Shown: one piece after another, positions 57,636 through 64,000 of the stretch
Position numbering within the stretch: position 1 is the stretch's first letter
Layout of the letters: the number at the start of each line of letters is the position of its first letter
Source of the DNA: Eledone cirrhosa
Taxonomy: Eukaryota
Direction: 5' to 3'
DNA: 64,000 bases
Assembly (NCBI GenBank): GCA_964016885.1
Contig: OZ024744.1
Location: 36,146,001 to 36,210,000 of the forward strand
The notes under the pieces: model-generated
Told to the model about the DNA's origin: nothing
Database searches by the model: none
The model's input: only the letters and a program-made list of their open reading frames with translations
Position numbers and translations under genes: made by a program

Positions 57636-60600
57636 AAAAATTCAGGTTATCAATAATGTAGTGATAATATATCGTCACGTAAGAGATAAACAGAGTACGT
57701 GTAGGTTTGCTCAACGAGTATAAATTATATTCCGGAGAAAATGTAGAAAAGATGAATATAAAATGAAAGTGCTTTTTTTTTAAAAGGAATTTATTAGGTA
57801 TTGACATATGTTTTTGTAACAGACGGAATACCTATGTATCGCTGCTTGCGTAATCATATAATGTTAGCAAGTATTCGATAGCAAATGTATAATAAGTTGT
57901 CACTTCTTCAGAGATATTGTATAAATTGGAAAAAATCAGAAAAATTGAAGTATTTATATTAGTTGTAATAAAGGAAGAAGAGAGGGGATAGTATATGACA
58001 GATGGCAATTCAATTTACTGGTAAACAAGTATATAAAGGGTTTCTAATGAGAATACAATGAGTATATGGTTTATTTTATCTAAATAAGAATTTTTGGGAG
58101 TGCCTATTTAAATCTATACTTGACCAATTGAACAATGGACAGGGCTGGTCGTTTGGTGTAGTAGTATTAATTATAAAGTGTCAATTAAGGAAGAGGGAGA
58201 TTTTCACTGCTACTGAATAACAACAATGCTGGTAGCCTGCTGGTATATGCATTAGGGAATTAAATTAAGAAATCTCATTTTATCTATAGCAGTTTATATT
58301 AAATGGTAAAGAATAGAAGAGTTGATAGAATTAAGACTAATAGAGAATGTTAATATGTATTTTGACAATCAAACAGAGATGGAGACAGGCGTTCAATCCT
58401 GGTAGTGTTTGTAATATGAAAATGTAGATTTTAAGTGATGGTTACAGTATAACGATAAGCTACAGAATGACATCACGGCACTGCTCAATAATAAAAAAAA
58501 CGCCAATGGAATTATTGTTAGAGCAGACAAAACATCAAACGTATATACCATGGATGTGGACACTTACAATAACTTCATCCGTAAGGAATTGCATAAAAAA
58601 TACAAGAAAACTAATGAAGCTACACTTAAAAACATCAACAACTCGGCATGTGAAATTGTTAAAAAACTTTGTATTGACGATAGAACGCAACCCTTAACAC
58701 CAGCTACACCATCCTTCAACCTGAAGGACCACAAGGTAAACTTCGATACTGACCCTATAATTAGACTTATATGCCCCTCTAAATCTGATATAGGCAAAAT
58801 TAGCTAATATATACTAGACAGAATTATCCCCCAAGCTAAGGCTAAAGCAGATATTAAACTATGGGGTAACACCCATGAGGCAATAAGATGAATTAATAGC
58901 ATTACTGATAAGAAAAAATCAAAATTTATTCAGTTCGATATTGATAAATATTATTCCTCAATTTCACCTGATACTCTACATGAAGCTCTTTCGTTCGCTA
59001 AGGCTAATTCCGACCTTACGGATGCTGAAATTAATATTATTATGGAAGCGAGGAAAACTATTGTTAAATTTGATGATAGCTACTGGGTTCGCAAAGATAG
59101 ACCTTCTAATTTTGATATTACTATGGGTTCCAATGATTCGGCGGAAGTAACTGATCTTGTGGGAATTTATATCACCCACAGACTACAAGGAAAATTGAAG
59201 GATCTCCACGGTGGTATCTACCGTGACGACGCACTCCTATTAGTTAAGCATATGAATAACCAGAATTTAGAAAGGATGCGTAAAAATATCAGAAAGCTTT
59301 TTAAGGAACTAGGATTAAATATTACATTTGAATATAACCTCAAAGAGGTTAATTTCCTTAATGTTACTTTGAATCTCAATACAGAAACGATTAAACCGTT
59401 CCATAAACTAAATGAGAACCTTAAATATGTAAATACGAGTTCTAACCATCCACCCTCTATTATTAAATCCATCCCTAGAAATATTTCCCTTAGAATCTCC
59501 CGCCGGACGTCCAACCAGCAAACCTTCAAAGAACATGCCGAATATTATGATGATGCACTTAGGAAGGCTGGACATCTAGATAATATAGAGTATATAGTCG
59601 ACGATCACCAAAACACCCAACATAAATCTCATAGAGGTAGAAATAGCATAGAATCACCACCATACATACAGTACCGCAATAGACACACTAATAGTCGCAC
59701 ACCACCAAACAGAAGGCGATGTAAAGAGTATATATGGTACAACCCGGTCTATAACAACTCTATTAAAACCAATCTACCCTCACAATTCTTTCGATTAGTT
59801 AAAAAACACTTTCCAACATCACATAAATATAATAAAATCTTAAACCCTAACACTATTCGACTTTCATATTCAATCGCCCCTAATATTGAACAACATATAA
59901 AAAAGCTTAACGCAAAACGGTTGTATAAACGCCTTCCAACACATAACAATACACGTAAAACGTCAGCTATAACATCACAAAACAACAAAAAACATCCCGT
60001 CCTGCCTAAGCAACCTCATCAACCCATCCATGCCAATACAACAACGCAATATTATAACTGTAACTGTGTCCAACCAGGAATGTGTCCGTTGAACAATCAG
60101 TGTCTTGAACGCAACATCATTTACAAATGTACTATCGAATCGGATAGCCAGAAGTGGTACTATGTGGGGTCTACAGCGACCTCCTTCAAATCCCGCCTTT
60201 ATAGACATCGTTACTCGATAAAACATGAAAACCAGCGTTATGTAACAACACTCGCAGACAAGGCTTGGCAGCTGCGCTAAAATAACCAACAATTTAACCT
60301 AAAATGGTATATAATAGCGTGGCCCATCCATAAACCCACGGACAAGAATTTTGTAAATTGTGTAGTATGGAATTATTTTGTATTATGAAATACAAAAATA
60401 TTTTATTAAATAACAGAATAGAGCGATCGTTATACTGTAACCATCGCTTAAAATCTACATTTTCATATTACAAACACTACCAGGATTGAACGCCTGTCTC
60501 CATCTCTGTTTGATTGTCAAAATACATATTAACATTCTCTATTAGTCTTAATTCTATCAACTCTTCTATTCTTTACCATTTAATATAAACTGCTATAGAT

Positions 60601-61134
60601 AAAATGAGATTTCTTAATTTAATTCCCTAATGCATATACCAGCAGGCTACCAGCATTGTTGTTATTCAGTAGCAGTGAAAATCTCCCTCTTCCTTAATTG
60701 ACACTTTATAATTAATACTACTACACCAAACGACCAGCCCTGTCCATTGTTCAATTGGTCAAGTATAGATTTAAATAGGCACTCCCCAAAATTCTTATTT
60801 AGATAAAATAAACCATATACTCATTGTATTCTCATTAGAAACCCTTTATATACTTGTTTACCAGTAAATTGAATTGCCATCTGTCATATACTATCCCCTC
60901 TCTTCTTCCTTTATTACAACTAATATAAATACTTCAATTTTTCTGATTTTTTCCAATTTATACAATATCTCTGAAGAAGTGACAACTGATTATACATTTG
61001 CTATCGAATACTTGCTATCATGATATGATTACGCAACCAGCGATACATAGGTATTCCATCTGTTACAGAAACATATGTCAATACCTAATAAATTCCTTTT
61101 AAAAAAAAAAGCACCTTCATTTTATATTCATCTT

Positions 61135-61139
<5 letters not shown>
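57636..61139 (+). mobile_element. Naiad-like Penelope element (RT + GIY-YIG) with ~710 bp inverted pseudo-LTRs
   Basis: KDHK..RLICPSKSDIGKIS, FDI, ITMGS, GIYRDD, CNC..CPL..CL..IIY..YVG, CKLC..E..LN.R.E..C.H. 57744-58456 is the reverse complement of 60426-61139. Confidence 0.9.
60967..61083 (+). ncRNA. type I hammerhead motif with long loop-2 insertion (inverted copy 57800-57915 has GAAA>AAAA)
   Basis: CUGAAGA-A-GUGACA..(~76 nt)..UGUUAC-A-GAAA-CAUAUG-UC, with AATAAA at 61087. Confidence 0.72.
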
Positions 61140-61178
<39 letters not shown>

Positions 61179-61179
61179 A

Positions 61180-62474
61180 GGAGGTTATAGTTCACTTGAA
61201 GCATTGTGTAATGAGGTATAAACTTTGTATATTTATAATAAAGCCAAAACAATGCCGGTATGGACATAGAATAAAGAATGCAAATGCAAAAGATATTATT
61301 GACGATTAGTCTTTTACCTTAGATTTATTTAAATGTCCTTAATTTTTGAGATAATATTTCTTCTTCGGAGGGAAGTAAAGCGGTTAAACCAGTGTTCTAA
61401 ATAGCTTGCCAAGTCATGCTGACAGGAAATGGTATAGAGTATCTGTTCTAATCTCTAATGTCAAAGAGTTAAGGTTAGGTGGATAAAGAGTAGGCTCCCT
61501 TTAAAATGGTTTTTTTTTTGTACATGCCTGTTTAAGTGTGTGGGAGAATGCATGAAGGTGTCAGTATGTGAGTGTGTGTGTGTGAGAGTGAGAAGATATG
61601 TCTATACGTAAATGTGGGGGATAGATGTTATCTCGTGTTAGAACTGGTCTTTGTGTGTGTATGTGTGTGTGTGAGAGAGAATAAGTGGAGGTGTACGCGC
61701 GTGTGTGTGTGTGTGCGTGCGTGTGTGTGTGTTTGCGTGCGTGTGTGTGTGTGTGGGAGGGGGGTGTAAATATGGGGCTAGATGATCTATCAAGTTATAC
61801 ATTGGGTGTTGAGTCTATTATTGATTGGTGGTTGTATTTTGTCTATAATTAGTGCTTCCTTAATTCTAAGATTGCCGAGGTTTCTTTCCTTAGTTTCTAT
61901 CCTAACAGTTATGGTTTTGTCGGCGTTTTTGCATTTAACTAGGTGTTTCTTAAATGAGGAAGCGTTAGTATTGAGGTGTTCTTTTATTCTTATGTGGAGT
62001 GCTCTGGTGGTGCTACCTACGTAGAAGTTGCTGCATTTGTCACACTCTAGTCTGTATACGACGTAAGTCTGGTGGCATATGTCTGTGTCGTTGATGGGGC
62101 AGTTGGCTAGCCTGCAGCAGTTGTCATGTCTGGTGGAGTGTCTTTTGGTTAGCTGTCCGCGTAGAGAAGGACCCGAGTGGGCCAGTTGGATATCTAGTCC
62201 CTCGCGTCTGATAGCTCTGCGGATGGCTGTTGTTGTTTCGTCACTGAAGTGTGGGAGCTTCAGGAAGCAAGTGTTAGTGCCTCAGGTGTGGTGTCCTCTG
62301 TTCTTTCTGGCACGGTTTGTGGTGGATGTCGTGTATCCGTTCAGTTTGAGTACTTCCAGGAAATGTGTGGTGTGTGTGTCTCGGTCTCTAGCGTCGGTGC
62401 ATTTGTTCCGGATACGTGTTAGTTCTAACGTGTTAGTTCTAACACGTATCCGGAACAAATGCACTGACGCTAGA
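61180..62474 (-). mobile_element. 5'-truncated Penelope-like element related to 45597-49061, ending in a fold-back
   Basis: CRLANCPIND..CHQTYVVYRLECDKCSNFYVGSTTRALHIRIKEH..LRIKEAL..P.IN. Left boundary approximate. Confidence 0.85.
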
Positions 62475-62504
62475 CCATACTCGAGGCACTAACACTTGCT
62501 TCTG

Positions 62505-62650
62505 ACGTAGTGGTGAAGTTTTATGTTCTAACATAGTCTCCTGTGGACCAAGAAGCCAACTCCACCCTGTTTCCTGTCATCTGCTATGTTAAAGATTATG
62601 TGTTTGTTGTTGAGTTCGATGATTTATTCTCCAGGTCTACGCATATCGCT
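62505..62650 (-). pseudogene. RTE APE endonuclease fragment
   Basis: IIELNNKHIIFNIADDRKQGGVGFLVHR. Confidence 0.6.
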
Positions 62651-62939
62651 GATTCAAATAGCATCTTACTTGGTATTTTAGAATTCGTGATTTAAGTTTG
62701 GTGAGATGGCTTTCTTCCGAAAGTGTACGAATGTTGTAGGCAGCCAAGTTGTGAGTTGTGACTCAAACATGGAAACAATTTTGAATACACTAATTTTCTT
62801 TTCTCCCCATAAAGTATTGTGGGTGAATTCACGTATAAAAAATTTAAAAAAGGGGAAACAAAAGGAGAGAAAGAATAGGGAAATATAGAAAAAAAGAGAG
62901 AAAGAAAGAAGAAACAGGACGGGAAGGGGAAGGGTTGGC

Positions 62940-63250
62940 AATAGCTCTGGTGTCGCTGAAGAGAGGGGAGGGGTGAGGGGGAGGTTGATTGGGCTTTGGG
63001 CCTAGGACAGAAGTGCTGCGCCCCCTTGACAAGAAGGCAAGAGCATTCTACCGGAAGATGGCCAGTGACATCCGCTGCAACAGCCACCCAACCCCGCGGG
63101 GCTCCCTCCTCAGACGGGCCTCCGACGCTCCGATCTTGCCAAGGAGCTCGGCAGTAAGGCGTCCAATGCCATTGTCTTTTCGATATGATTGTTGATCTTG
63201 TCTTTGTTGCCTGAGTAGTCGAATTTGGAACATCGTTAAAGGTGCTTGGT
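62940..63250 (-). pseudogene. Penelope N-terminal fragment
   Basis: ECSCLLVKGAQHFCPRP resembles the PLE motif ExxLLSKGLxFCPxP. Confidence 0.45.
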
Positions 63251-63299
63251 ATAACTTGAGTTTTCCTCGGTCAATGCAAGCCCCGTCACCACGTCAAGG

Positions 63300-63555
63300 T
63301 GTCACATCTAGATAAAGCAAAGATCCTGGCGAATCGAAAGGTGCAGTTTTTATAGTTCTGTACAAAAAAAGCCGACCCACAGGAGATCTTCGATTACCGC
63401 CCCATAAGTCTTCTAAACAATATCTACTAACTGTTCATAAAGATCATCACGAACACTATCACAAGAGTACTCGGTGAAAATCAGCCCAGAGAACAAGCCG
63501 GCTTCAGGAAAGCCTTCTCCACCGAAGATCAAATTCACAAAGTGAACTATATCAT
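63300..63555 (+). pseudogene. RTE-clade RT fragment
   Basis: DYRPISLLNNIY*LFIKIITN..LGENQPREQAGFRKAFSTEDQIH. Confidence 0.85.
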
Positions 63556-63781
63556 CATAATTTATTGCGCATCAATACTTTGATAATAATCAAAGAAAAA
63601 ATTATTGTAATTCATTTAAATGGATGTAAAATAAAATATGTCAATGGCTGGATTGATAAGAGGAAAAAGGTCAAGGAAAATCGCGAATTCAAGCATCTTT
63701 ACATAGCATGTTGTAATCAAGAATTTAAGAATATATATACATACATACATATATGTGTGCGTATGTGTGTCTGTGTGAGTC

Positions 63782-63824
<43 letters not shown>

Positions 63825-63842
63825 GCATTAACTCTATTATAT

Positions 63843-63949
63843 GCTATGGATTTGAAAACTGATAGCGTTGCATCATCTATTTTGTTCCAATAGAAACTAA
63901 GTACGGGCGTACTAGATGGCGCTACGCTATCAGTTTTCAAATCCATAGC
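63843..63949. mobile_element. MITE-like hairpin with ~37 bp imperfect inverted repeats
   Basis: GCTATGGATTTGAAAACTGATAGCGT... / ...ACGCTATCAGTTTTCAAATCCATAGC. Confidence 0.6.
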
Positions 63950-64000
63950 TGAATGCTTTCTAAATATTTATTTATAAACATACAGTATGTGGCCAGCAAT

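Noticed and set aside
58889-58891. In-frame TGA in the Naiad-like element as possible selenocysteine (reported for some Naiads)
   Set aside because: It falls at an apparent Trp position, the Cys motifs use TGT/TGC, TAA stops are also present, and no SECIS was recognised.

Overview
Repeat-saturated, AT-rich animal DNA with no confidently identifiable host gene. An octopus/cephalopod origin is inferred from the Nin-domain-like SINEs, the extreme (TA)n/(AAT)n/(CA)n density and the retroelement mix. Nearly all long ORFs are retroelement-derived or are microsatellite artefacts. Elements present: Dong/R4-type RLE LINEs (two families, 6 coding copies plus one orphan 5' module, all in (TAA)n), RTE, CR1 and L1/Tx1-like LINEs, at least 8 Penelope-like (PLE) copies or fragments, SINEs, Helitron-like relics and a MITE-like hairpin. 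Most notable structure: (1) about 15 minimal type-I hammerhead-like motifs, most just upstream of a poly(A) signal. Several sit in 'two-tailed' PLE units whose 3' ends both face outward into (TA)n, and one pair has an atypical CAGUUGA core. (2) A Dong LINE 5' region with tandem ~0.4 kb TATA-like monomers, bracketed by conserved splice donor/acceptor-like sites. (3) Two full-length Dong copies sharing the same frameshift. (4) A bipartite non-autonomous RTE. All family assignments are by eye from motifs, no searches were run, and element boundaries are approximate.
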